Source: Actinomycetota bacterium (GTDB lineage: Bacteria > Actinomycetota > Acidimicrobiia > Acidimicrobiales > Microtrichaceae). From it: a stretch of DNA of 64,000 nucleotides. Where the stretch lies: the NCBI GenBank assembly GCA_016870275.1, contig VGBZ01000005.1, positions 50,552-114,551 of the forward strand, read 5' to 3'. Numbering within the stretch: position 1 is the first letter of the stretch; the number at the start of each line of letters is the position of its first letter. Of the stretch, positions 55,733-64,000 are shown one piece after another. The position numbers and the translations under genes are program-made. Under the pieces are notes generated by a model. The model worked only from the letters and a program-made list of their open reading frames with translations. It was not told the origin of the DNA and made no database searches.

Positions 55733-57895
55733 GTGACGAGCGATCCGCCGCTCACCCTCCTCGACCTCTCCGACATGGGGGTCGACCGCCTGAGCGGCGT
55801 CGGCTCGGCCAAGCTCGAGGCGCTCAACAAGGTCGGAATCGAGTCCCTGCTCGACCTGCTCACGTGGTACCCACGCCGCTACCTCGACCGGACCCGGCAG
55901 GCGTCGATCGCCGAGCTGTTTGCCGGGGAGGAGGCGCTCGTGCTCTGCCGGGTCTCCTCGGTCGACACTCGGCGGACCCGTCAGCGTCGGGTCATGGTGA
56001 CCGCCGAGCTGAGCGACCAGACGGGATCGCTGCGCGTCACGTTCTTCAACCAACCGTGGCGGGCCCGTCAGCTCGAACGGATCTGTGACGACGACGTGGA
56101 GGTCGCAGTGTTCGGCAAGGTCGAGGTGTTCCGGGGGCGACGCCAGATGACCAACCCCGTGATCGACCCGGTGGGCGATCGAACGGGGCGCATCGTTCCG
56201 ATCTATCCGCAGTCCGAGGTCGCCGGTCTCGGGACATGGGAGTTCGCCGACTGGACCGCTCAGGTCCTGCGCCGCTCGAGCGCCCGGGGTATCGCCGATC
56301 CTCTCCCGGACGCCGTCAGGTCCCGGCTGGGCCTGGTGGGTCGCCACACGGCACTGACCGACATCCACCATCCGAGCGACGCCCACGACGTCCGTGCGGC
56401 GCGGGACCGGCTCGTGTTCGATGAACTCCTGCGCATCCAACTCGTGTTGGTCCGCCACCAGCGCGAACTGTCGCACAACTCCTCCGGCTTCGTTCACAGC
56501 GTGGGAGCCCCCGATGCGGTCGTTCCCGGTCTCATCGACGGCTTCCTCACGGGGCTCCCGTACGAGTTGACCCCGGCGCAGCGCCGGGTGATCGACGAGA
56601 TCTTGGGCGACCTGGCGAAGGCGGTGCCGATGCACCGACTCCTGCAGGGTGACGTGGGTGCCGGCAAGACCGTCGTGGCCCTCGTCGCCATGCTCGCCGC
56701 AGTGGAGGGCGGTCATCAGGCTGCGCTCATGGCCCCGACCGAGGTGCTCGCGGAGCAGCACGCCGCTGGGATGCAGGACCTTCTGAGTGGGGCGTCACGT
56801 CGGGACGACTCCACCCTGCTCGGCGAACGGCCCGTCGAGGTCGCCCTGCTGACCGGCCGGACCCCAGCCGCAGCGAGGCGTCGGATCCTGGCGGGACTGA
56901 GCTCGGGGGAGATCCCACTCGTCGTGGGGACCCATGCTCTGATCGCTGATGGTGTCGAGTTCGACTCGCTCGGTGTGGTCGTCGTCGACGAACAGCACCG
57001 TTTCGGCGTCGAGCAACGCGCTGCGCTCCGGGTCGCGTCGCCCGAGGACGCCGTTCCCGATGTCCTGGTGATGACCGCCACGCCCATCCCACGAACAGCG
57101 GCCATGACCGTCTACGGCGATCTGGACCTCTCGGTGCTCGACGAGTTGCCACCCGGCCGGACGCCGATCGTCACGACCTGGGGCGTGGGCGAGGAGGGGG
57201 AGGACTCGGCGTGGGCCGCAGTGCGGGAGGAGGTTGCCGAGGGTCACCGCGTCTACGTCGTGTGTCCTCTGGTGGAGGAGTCGGCCAAGCTCGAGGTGGC
57301 CTCGGCCGAGGCGACGTTCGAGCGGCTGGCCTCCGGCCCGCTCGCCGGGCTGGAACTCGGGCTGCTGCACGGGCGGATGTCGGCGGACGACAAGCGTCAC
57401 GTCGTCGACTCGTTCCGTCGCGGCGCCGTGGAGGTGCTGGTGGCCACGACTGTCGTGGAGGTCGGGGTGGACGTCCCGGAGGCGACCGTGATGATCGTGC
57501 TCGACGCCGACCGCTTCGGGATCGCCCAGTTGCACCAGCTGCGAGGTCGCGTGGGTCGTGGGCGGGCCGCCAGCCGCTGTTTCCTGCTCACCACCGCCGA
57601 ACCCGGCGCCGAGGCCACGGCCCGCCTCGAGGCGCTCGTGCGGACCCAGGACGGATTCGAGCTCGCCGAGGTGGATCTCGACCTCCGGGGTGAGGGGACG
57701 GTCATGGGTGACCGACAGCGGGGGCGTAGCGATCTGCGGTTGGCGTCGTTGCGCCGGGACCGTGAATGGGTCGTGCGGGCCCGGGAGGTCGCCATGGAGC
57801 TCGTCGATGAGCAGGGACGCATCGAGGTGGCCGAGCTCGCAGACGAGCTCCGGCTCCTCGATGCCACCGACGAAGCGTTCCTCACGAAGTCGTGA
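55733..57895 (+). CDS. recG: ATP-dependent DNA helicase RecG
   Basis: LTPAQRRVIDEI..D......PMHRLLQGDVGAGKTVVA, VVVDEQHRFGV, TATPIPRT and QLHQLRGRVGRG. Confidence 0.95.
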   Translation: MTSDPPLTLLDLSDMGVDRLSGVGSAKLEALNKVGIESLLDLLTWYPRRYLDRTRQASIAELFAGEEALVLCRVSSVDTRRTRQRRVMVTAELSDQTGSLRVTFFNQPWRARQLERICDDDVEVAVFGKVEVFRGRRQMTNPVIDPVGDRTGRIVPIYPQSEVAGLGTWEFADWTAQVLRRSSARGIADPLPDAVRSRLGLVGRHTALTDIHHPSDAHDVRAARDRLVFDELLRIQLVLVRHQRELSHNSSGFVHSVGAPDAVVPGLIDGFLTGLPYELTPAQRRVIDEILGDLAKAVPMHRLLQGDVGAGKTVVALVAMLAAVEGGHQAALMAPTEVLAEQHAAGMQDLLSGASRRDDSTLLGERPVEVALLTGRTPAAARRRILAGLSSGEIPLVVGTHALIADGVEFDSLGVVVVDEQHRFGVEQRAALRVASPEDAVPDVLVMTATPIPRTAAMTVYGDLDLSVLDELPPGRTPIVTTWGVGEEGEDSAWAAVREEVAEGHRVYVVCPLVEESAKLEVASAEATFERLASGPLAGLELGLLHGRMSADDKRHVVDSFRRGAVEVLVATTVVEVGVDVPEATVMIVLDADRFGIAQLHQLRGRVGRGRAASRCFLLTTAEPGAEATARLEALVRTQDGFELAEVDLDLRGEGTVMGDRQRGRSDLRLASLRRDREWVVRAREVAMELVDEQGRIEVAELADELRLLDATDEAFLTKS

Positions 57896-57922
57896 GCTCA
57901 TCGGTCTCGGGCTGGAGGTGAC

Positions 57923-58483
57923 GTGCGGATCGTTGCGGGCTCCGCTCGGGGACGCCGCCTCGTGGCACCGCCCGGCGATCGGGTCCGGCCCACCGGGGAT
58001 CGGGTTCGGGAGTCGGTGTTCAATGCGCTCGGCTCCCTCGGGGTGCTCAGCGGCGCCGTCGTCGTGGACCTCTTCGCCGGCAGCGGGGCGCTCGGTCTCG
58101 AGGCACGGTCCCGCGGCGCCAGCGAGGTCCACCTCGTCGAACGGAATCGTGACGCGGTTGCTGCGATCCGACGGAACATCGAGGTGACCGGGCTGAGCTC
58201 CGGGGTCAACGTGATCCCGACGAGCGTCTCGGTGGCGCTCGCCGAGGATGGACCGCTCGCCTCGGTCGACGCATCGATCGTCCTCGCTGACCCGCCATAT
58301 GCACACCGGGATTGGGACGGGCTCTTGATAAACGTCCTCGGCCGATGGTCCGGAGCGATCCTCGTGGCGGAATCCGACCGGGAGCTCGACGCAGCGGCGC
58401 TCGACGTCGCCACGCTCGACGACCGGCATGTGGAGGTTCGGCGATACGGAACTACGGTGGTCACGTTCGTCCACCCGGGGTGA
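57923..58483 (+). CDS. rsmD: 16S rRNA (guanine966-N2)-methyltransferase RsmD
   Basis: MRIVAGSARGRRL..P......RPT.DRVRESVFN, LDLFAGSGALGLEA and DPPY. Confidence 0.9.
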   Translation: MRIVAGSARGRRLVAPPGDRVRPTGDRVRESVFNALGSLGVLSGAVVVDLFAGSGALGLEARSRGASEVHLVERNRDAVAAIRRNIEVTGLSSGVNVIPTSVSVALAEDGPLASVDASIVLADPPYAHRDWDGLLINVLGRWSGAILVAESDRELDAAALDVATLDDRHVEVRRYGTTVVTFVHPG

Positions 58484-58536
58484 CCGGCGAGGAGCGGAGC
58501 GCAGATGGACAAGCACGTGGAGTGGAGGTTGTCGAA

Positions 58537-59016
58537 GTGACCGTCGTGTTGTATCCGGGGTCGTTCGACCCCATCCACAACGGCCACGTGGAGATCGTCG
58601 AGACGGCCTCTCGTCTGTTCGACCGAGTCGTGGTCGCCGCCATGCGGAACCCGCAGAAGGGTGAGCCGCTGTTCTCCCTCGCCGACCGACAGGAGCTGAT
58701 CGAGGAGTCGCTCAACCACCTGTCGAACGTCGAGGTCACGATGTTCTCATCGCTGGTGGTGGACCTCGCCCGCGAGATCGGCGCCCACGTGATCGTCAAG
58801 GGTCTCCGGGCCGTGTCGGACTTCGAGTCCGAACTCCAGATGGCGCAGATGAACCGGTCGATCTCCGGGGTCGACACGTTGTTCATCCCGTCGGCGTCCG
58901 GGAACTCGTTCCTGGCGTCCCGCTTGATCCGGGAGATCGCCCGCTTCGGTGGTGACGTGTCCAACATGGTGCCGGCACCGGTGGCGGAGCGACTCGCTGA
59001 GGTCCTGCCCGGGTGA
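58537..59016 (+). CDS. coaD: pantetheine-phosphate adenylyltransferase
   Basis: GTG at 58537 within ORF 58312..59016. VVLYPGSFDPIHNGHVEIV (T/HxGH motif) and KGLRAVSDFE.E.QMA.MN. Confidence 0.9.
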   Translation: MTVVLYPGSFDPIHNGHVEIVETASRLFDRVVVAAMRNPQKGEPLFSLADRQELIEESLNHLSNVEVTMFSSLVVDLAREIGAHVIVKGLRAVSDFESELQMAQMNRSISGVDTLFIPSASGNSFLASRLIREIARFGGDVSNMVPAPVAERLAEVLPG

Positions 59017-59112
59017 GGCCGGGTCGGCCGGAGTCGCCTCGGTGCGGTTCCATCTGCGGCCCATCAACGGCAGGTATCGTGATCGTCGCCCGCCCGGGTC
59101 CGAACTCAACAG

Positions 59113-59730
59113 GTGATGCCGGTGACGCCACGACCAGACGACGATGATGAACGGCGCACTGCCGCCCCGGATCCCTACCGGATGCCGGAGAGCGAGCAGC
59201 TCCTGCGACGGGTCATTGAGATCGTCGAGGCCGCTCCGGGGCTGCCGATGTCGGCCTCGGTCCGGATCAACAAGGACGAGTTGCTCGAACTCCTCGACGA
59301 CGCCGTTGCTTCGCTCCCCGAGGAGATCCGCAACGCTCGGTGGCTGCTGAAGGAGCGAGAGGACTTCACGGCCCGGACGAAGCGAGAGGCGGCCGACATC
59401 ATCGAGGACGCCCGCCAACGCGTCGCCGCCATGGTGGACAAGACCGAACTCGCCCGAGCGGCCGAAGCGCGTGCTCGGGAGATCGTCGACGACGCCGAGG
59501 CTGAGTCCCGGCGAATGCGCCGGGAGACCGAGGACTTCTGCGATCAGAAACTCGCCAGCTTCGAGATCGTCCTCGAGCGCATCCGTCAGACCGTGGCGAA
59601 GGGCCGGGATCGGCTGGCTGCACCGACGATCGAGGAGGCCGAACTCGCCGACTTCGCCGATCAGCACGACGGCGCCCTTCCGGGCGGACCGTCCGACGGC
59701 GACGCCAGGGTCTTCGACCAAGATCTGTGA
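59113..59730 (+). CDS. coiled-coil DivIVA-like protein (position and sequence resemble mycobacterial Rv2927c/SepIVA)
   Basis: Charged coiled-coil region (KEREDFTARTKREAADIIEDARQRVAAMVDKTELARAAEARAREIVDDAEAESRRMRRETEDFCDQKL). It sits in the syntenic slot between coaD and yceD-rpmF. Confidence 0.55.
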   Translation: MMPVTPRPDDDDERRTAAPDPYRMPESEQLLRRVIEIVEAAPGLPMSASVRINKDELLELLDDAVASLPEEIRNARWLLKEREDFTARTKREAADIIEDARQRVAAMVDKTELARAAEARAREIVDDAEAESRRMRRETEDFCDQKLASFEIVLERIRQTVAKGRDRLAAPTIEEAELADFADQHDGALPGGPSDGDARVFDQDL

Positions 59731-60251
59731 GGCCTGCACGGGACCGCATCGTCGTCCCCGTCGCCGAACTCCGACGCCGACCCGGCAACCGCATGGTGCT
59801 CGAACGCGACGTTCCCATCGGTGATCTGGCGACGAGCAGTGCCGCAGTGCCCTCTGGGGTCAGCGCCACGCTCACCGCCACGCTCGAGTCCCTGTCCGAC
59901 GGTGTGACCGTCGTGGGTCGGATCCACGTTCCGTGGGAGGGGAGCTGCCGGCGGTGCCTCGATCCGTGCGTCGGTGAACTCGACGTGGACTTCTCGGAGG
60001 TCTTCTCTGACCACCCCGACGGCGGTGACCTGCTGGCGTTCTCCGGAGATGCTGTGGATCTGACCGATGCGGTCCGGGAGGCGGTCGTCCTCGGCCTCCC
60101 GCTCGCCCCCTTGTGTCGGGAGGACTGCGCTGGTCCGGAGCCATCGGCATTCCCGGTCGCCGTCGAGTCCGAGGGCGCAGTGGCCACCAGGGACCCACGC
60201 TGGGCTGCGCTCGACGCCCTCCGCTTCGACCCGGAGGCCGACGACGGCTAG
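59727..60251 (+). CDS. yceD: YceD/DUF177-family protein (large-subunit rRNA accumulation protein)
   Basis: GTGA overlap with the upstream stop. C..C motif (CRRCLDPC) and CREDCAG, typical of DUF177, immediately upstream of rpmF. Confidence 0.75.
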   Translation: MRPARDRIVVPVAELRRRPGNRMVLERDVPIGDLATSSAAVPSGVSATLTATLESLSDGVTVVGRIHVPWEGSCRRCLDPCVGELDVDFSEVFSDHPDGGDLLAFSGDAVDLTDAVREAVVLGLPLAPLCREDCAGPEPSAFPVAVESEGAVATRDPRWAALDALRFDPEADDG

Positions 60252-60323
60252 CCTCTCGTTTCGGTCCGAACGTCGACCGGGGCCCGTGTTTGGGCCCGTC
60301 CCCCAGTTGCTGTCGAGCGAGTC

Positions 60324-60503
60324 ATGGCTGTTCCCAAGAAGAAGACCTCCAAGTCCAAAACCCGGAGCCGCCGGGCGGCCAACTGGCGTCTGAGCGCCCC
60401 GGCCCGCAGCACCTGTCCGCGATGCGGCGCAGTCAAGCTCCCGCACCACGTCTGTGGGAACTGCGGCTGGTACCACGGCCGTCAGGCCGTCGAGGTCGAC
60501 TGA
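60324..60503 (+). CDS. rpmF: 50S ribosomal protein L32
   Basis: Not in the ORF track (59 aa). ATG at 60324: [59 protein letters not shown], stop at 60501-60503. Classic MAVPK(R/K)KTS start and a CxxC..CxxC zinc ribbon. Confidence 0.9.
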   Translation: MAVPKKKTSKSKTRSRRAANWRLSAPARSTCPRCGAVKLPHHVCGNCGWYHGRQAVEVD

Positions 60504-60793
60504 TCCCGGTACCTGTCGGCCGGTCATCCACCCGCCCGGCACAGTCGGTCGCTAGTGTCGGGAAGTCCGTGACGTTCCAGACCGGAGGATCCCACCCGGC
60601 GATGACGGCGATGCCGGGGTCTAGATGGGCCGGTTCCATCGATGGTCGTGGGGGTCGAGGACCTACAGCCAGCCCGACAATCGAGCGAGTCACTCGGTCC
60701 TCCGCCGGACGCCCGAAGTACACGAGGCGACCCGCTCGGACTGTCGCTGACCGGTTCGGCGACGAGAGCAACGAACAGAGAGCCTGATCCAGA

Positions 60794-61081
60794 TTGCCTT
60801 CCGAGACCCACGTGCAACAGGGACCGATCTCCCGCGACGAGGTACTTCGCATCGTCACCGACCGCCTCGCTGAGATCCTCGAGATCAACGCATCCGAGAT
60901 CAGCGAGGATCAGTCCTTCGGAGAGGATCTGCGGGCTGACTCGCTCGCCCTGATCGAACTCGTCGAGGTGCTCGAGGAGGAGTTCGGCGAACGCAGCGTC
61001 GGCTTTCGCATCGAAGACGAGGACCTCGAGGACCTCCGGACCGTCCGGGATGCCGTTGACTACGTCCACGGTCGGCTCTGA
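60794..61081 (+). CDS. acyl carrier protein
   Basis: Phosphopantetheine attachment motif DLRADSLALIELVEVLEEEFG. The start is the TTG at 60794 (track) or the in-frame GTG at 60812. Confidence 0.75.
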   Translation: MPSETHVQQGPISRDEVLRIVTDRLAEILEINASEISEDQSFGEDLRADSLALIELVEVLEEEFGERSVGFRIEDEDLEDLRTVRDAVDYVHGRL

Positions 61082-61886
61082 CTCCGACGGCGGCCCGGTC
61101 GACACCGGGTCGCACCGAGACCTCGAGCTTCGGCTCGGACACCGATTCAGCGACCCCGGCCTGCTGGAACTCGCTCTCCGTCACCGGTCCTGGTGCGCCG
61201 AGAACGGCGGCGTGTTGTCCAATGAACGACTCGAGTTCCTCGGCGACGCCGTGCTCGGGGTGATCGTGACCGACTGCCTGTACCGGGCCCAGCCCGAGCG
61301 GGCCGAGGGCGTGCTCGCCCGTTGCCGCGCCGAGCTCGTCAACGCCGTGGCGTTGGCATCGGTGGCTCGCGAGATCGACCTCGGAGCCTCGATCCGTCTC
61401 GGCCGGGGCGAGAACCAGACCGGGGGCCGCAACAAGACATCCATCCTCGCCGATGCCCTCGAGGCGCTCATCGGCGCCGTGCACATCGACGGAGGCATCG
61501 TCGCTGCGACGACAGTCGTCGATCGGCTGTTCGCCGGGCGGATCGAGTCGGTGCTGTTCGGCGCGATCGACTCCGACTCGAAGTCCCGCCTGCAGGAGCT
61601 CGCTGCTCGCCTCGGTGGCGACCCGCCTCGGTACCGCATCACCGAGGAGGGCCCCGAGCACGCCAAGGTCTTCACCGCAGAGGTTGAGGTCGCCGGAGCG
61701 TCCGGTTGTGGTCGTGGCCGAACCAAGAAGGAAGCGGAGCAGGCCGCCGCCCGCAACGCCGCTGCGGCGCTGCTCGCCCGAGGTGAAGCGTCCGATGACC
61801 AAACCGGGTCCGGCCCGCTCGGTGCCACCCGGTCGACCACGCCCAGCCCGGAGGACCACGCCCAGCCCGGAGGACCACATGCCTGA
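61050..61886 (+). CDS. rnc: ribonuclease III
   Basis: RNase III signature NERLEFLGDAVLG, then SILADALEALIGAV, and a dsRBD (KSRLQELAA...PRY......GPEHAK.F...V). A ~33-aa non-conserved tail ends in the 19-bp duplication. Confidence 0.9.
   Translation: MPLTTSTVGSDSDGGPVDTGSHRDLELRLGHRFSDPGLLELALRHRSWCAENGGVLSNERLEFLGDAVLGVIVTDCLYRAQPERAEGVLARCRAELVNAVALASVAREIDLGASIRLGRGENQTGGRNKTSILADALEALIGAVHIDGGIVAATTVVDRLFAGRIESVLFGAIDSDSKSRLQELAARLGGDPPRYRITEEGPEHAKVFTAEVEVAGASGCGRGRTKKEAEQAAARNAAAALLARGEASDDQTGSGPLGATRSTTPSPEDHAQPGGPHA
61835..61878. repeat. 19-bp tandem duplication (2 full copies + 6 nt) at the rnc stop / fpg start junction
   Basis: gaccacgcccagcccggag at 61835-61853 and 61854-61872, then gaccac at 61873-61878, directly followed by the fpg ATG at 61879. 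Confidence 0.95.
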
Positions 61887-62712
61887 ACTACCTGAGATCG
61901 AGATCCTCCGCCGGGACCTCGATCGGGAGGTGAGCGGCCGGAAGGTCAAGGCCGTCGACGTCCCCGGAGCCGGTCTGGTGAAGCATCCCACCAAGAAGGC
62001 GTTCGCCACTGCGCTCATCGGGACCAAGTTCACCGGAGCCCGCCGACGAGGAACCACGCTGTGCATCGGCGTCGACGGCTCCCACGAGGTGCTCGTCGAC
62101 CTCGGTCCCAACACCCGGCTTCGCCGGCAGGCCACCAAGGAGCCGACGATCAAGGGCACGGCGCTGGTCGTGAGCTTCACCCAGGGGCCGCAGCTGCGGC
62201 TGATCGACCCCAAGCGTGAGGGCGCTGTCGAACTCCTCGCATCCGAGGAGATCCCGGAGCGTCGCCCGGAGTTCGCTTCGCTCGGACTCGATCCGGCTGA
62301 CGAGCCCATCTCGTGGACCACATTCGGCGAGCGACTCCTGCGGAGAGAGGACCGTCTCAAGACCGTGTTGACCGACTCCTCGTTCCTCGTGGGGATCGGC
62401 CCGATCTACTCCGACGAGATCCTGTTCCATGCCGGGCTGCGTTACGACCGCATTGCGTCAGGCCTGAACACTCAGGAGATCCGGCGGCTGTACCGGGCGG
62501 TGGTCGAGACAGTTCACGACGCCGTGAAGTACGGAGGCACCTCGGTCCCACCGGACGGCTGGGTCGGCCTCGATGGTTCGACGGGATCCTTCAGCGAGCA
62601 CCTCGCCGTCTACAAGCGTGACGGCCAGATGAGCCCCCGGGCTCGGGGCCCCATCGTCAAGGTGAGGTACGGGAGCGGCTACACCTACTACTGCGAACAG
62701 ACGCAGGTGTAG
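61879..62712 (+). CDS. mutM: Fpg/Nei-family DNA glycosylase (Fpg position), divergent, without zinc-finger cysteines
   Basis: ATG at 61879 within ORF 61453..62712. MPELPEIE N-terminus (catalytic Pro2/Glu3) and an H2TH block LTDSSFLVGIGPIYSDEILFHAGL. The C-terminus is VYKRDGQMSPRARGPIVKVRYGSGYTYYCEQTQV, where CxxC..CxxC is expected. Confidence 0.75.
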   Translation: MPELPEIEILRRDLDREVSGRKVKAVDVPGAGLVKHPTKKAFATALIGTKFTGARRRGTTLCIGVDGSHEVLVDLGPNTRLRRQATKEPTIKGTALVVSFTQGPQLRLIDPKREGAVELLASEEIPERRPEFASLGLDPADEPISWTTFGERLLRREDRLKTVLTDSSFLVGIGPIYSDEILFHAGLRYDRIASGLNTQEIRRLYRAVVETVHDAVKYGGTSVPPDGWVGLDGSTGSFSEHLAVYKRDGQMSPRARGPIVKVRYGSGYTYYCEQTQV

Positions 62713-62831
62713 GACAGGAGTTCGATCGCAGGGCCGCCGTGGTCCTGCACACCACATGAGACGAACGGCTGGGGAGCTGCGCAGCGCACGGTGATCGTGT
62801 TCGCCTGCAACCCGGCCGGCGAGGGAGCAGG

Positions 62832-64000
62832 GTGTTCCTCAAGACACTGCAGATCAAGGGGTTCAAGTCATTCGCCGATGCGGCGACGATCGCACTCGAA
62901 CCGGGGGTGACCGTTGTCGTCGGGCCGAACGGCTCCGGCAAGTCCAACGTCGTTGACGCCATTGGCTGGGTGCTCGGTGCGCAGGCCCCGTCGACGGTGC
63001 GTTCACAGAAGATGGACGACGTGATCTTCGCCGGCTCGGGAAACCGCCCAGCGTTGGGCCGCGCCGAGGTGGCGATCACGATCGACAACTCCGCTGGTCT
63101 CCTCCCCATCGACTTCACCGAGGTGACCATCTCCAGGCTCCTGTTCCGCTCGGGCGACTCGGAGTACGCCATCAACGGTGTTCCATGTCGCCTGCTCGAC
63201 ATCACCGACCTGCTCTCCGACACCGGTGTCGGACGTCAGCAGCACGTGATCATCTCCCAGGGGAACATCGACGCCGTGTTGAACTCACGGCCCGAGGACC
63301 GACGGTTGATCATCGAGGAGGCGGCCGGGGTCCTCAAGTACCGCCGTCGCAAGGAGCGGTCGCAGCGACGACTCGCTGAGACCGACGATCACCTCACTCG
63401 GGTCCAGGACCTGCTTCGAGAGGTGCGCCGACAGCTCCGTCCACTCGAGCGCCAGGCCGAGGCCGCACGCCGGCACGGCGACCTCGTGGCCGAGCTGACG
63501 GGGTTGCGCCTGTTCGTGGCTGGACGAGAGGTGGATCGACTCCGTCGAGCCCTCGAGCGGTCGGCCCTGCTCGAGGGCCAGTTGCGCAACGAGGGCGATC
63601 GGCTCCGTGCCGGTCTCGGGACGCTCGACGCCCGAATCACCGCCGGCGAGGCCGACCTCGCAGCGCTCGGAGGCCGGGACCTCTCGGATCTGCTCGTCCG
63701 GTTCGAGCGGCTGCGTGAGCGGACTCGAGGCATCGCTGCGCTGCTCGTCGAGCGGCTCGCCGGAGTGGATCGGGAGATTTCCGCTGCGATCGATGCTGCG
63801 GTGGTGACGTCCCTGGAGGCTGAACGTGGCGAGTTGGAGTCCTCAGCGGAGCAGGTCGGCGCCGACCGTCACGTGCTCGAGGCGGAATCCGACGAACTCC
63901 TGCGCGACGAGGCCGCTCTGGCCGAACTGCGGACGGCGTTCGAGTTGGAGTGGGGTGACGGCGTCGTGGTGCCGAGCGGCGAGGGAGCTGCGCTCAGGGG
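62832..64000 (+). CDS. smc: chromosome segregation protein SMC, N-terminal part (continues past the window end)
   Basis: Not in the ORF track (no stop within the window). GTG at 62832 follows GAGGGAG: VFLKTLQIKGFKSFADAATIALEPGVTVVVGPNGSGKSNVVDAIGWVLG (Walker A), followed by coiled-coil sequence. Confidence 0.9.
   Translation, partial: MFLKTLQIKGFKSFADAATIALEPGVTVVVGPNGSGKSNVVDAIGWVLGAQAPSTVRSQKMDDVIFAGSGNRPALGRAEVAITIDNSAGLLPIDFTEVTISRLLFRSGDSEYAINGVPCRLLDITDLLSDTGVGRQQHVIISQGNIDAVLNSRPEDRRLIIEEAAGVLKYRRRKERSQRRLAETDDHLTRVQDLLREVRRQLRPLERQAEAARRHGDLVAELTGLRLFVAGREVDRLRRALERSALLEGQLRNEGDRLRAGLGTLDARITAGEADLAALGGRDLSDLLVRFERLRERTRGIAALLVERLAGVDREISAAIDAAVVTSLEAERGELESSAEQVGADRHVLEAESDELLRDEAALAELRTAFELEWGDGVVVPSGEGAALR

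Overview
This is a 64-kb, high-GC chromosomal segment. G+C looks well above 60% by eye, with a strong G/C third-codon-position bias; I did not compute it. Gene content and order are typical of Actinomycetota. Markers include the recG-rsmD-coaD-(DivIVA-like)-yceD-rpmF-rnc-fpg-smc block, a Kgd-type fused 2-oxoglutarate dehydrogenase, NucS, UvrD2 with an HRDC domain, GTP-dependent PEP carboxykinase, EttA and TypA. I support about 58 protein-coding genes. Two are absent from the ORF track because they run off the window (RecB-like nuclease at the 5' edge, smc at the 3' edge), and rpmF is absent because it is only 59 aa. There is also one probable decayed protease gene, one strong hairpin terminator and several short tandem repeats. 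I see no rRNA, tRNA, CRISPR array, transposase, integrase, prophage or recognisable defence or toxin-antitoxin module, so the window reads as core chromosome with lipid and acyl-CoA metabolism and a few envelope genes. I cannot point to a clear multi-gene novel system. The unusual signals are at single-gene or architecture level: (1) a ~37-codon ribosomal-protein-L13-like block in frame inside a PIG-L/LmbE deacetylase; (2) a flavin amine oxidase whose conserved modules are in circularly permuted order behind an export signal; (3) a NYN/PIN-like nuclease + S1 + Lys/Ala-rich histone-like tail protein; (4) an 813-bp non-coding region with a 48-bp x3 tandem repeat upstream of two tandem AT3 acyltransferase paralogs; (5) an Fpg homolog lacking the zinc-finger cysteines, joined to rnc through a 19-bp duplication that sets the reading frames. 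All family calls come from motif recognition by eye and from memory; no database search was possible. The many long Arg/Pro/Gly-rich ORFs in the track are shadow ORFs of the real genes.
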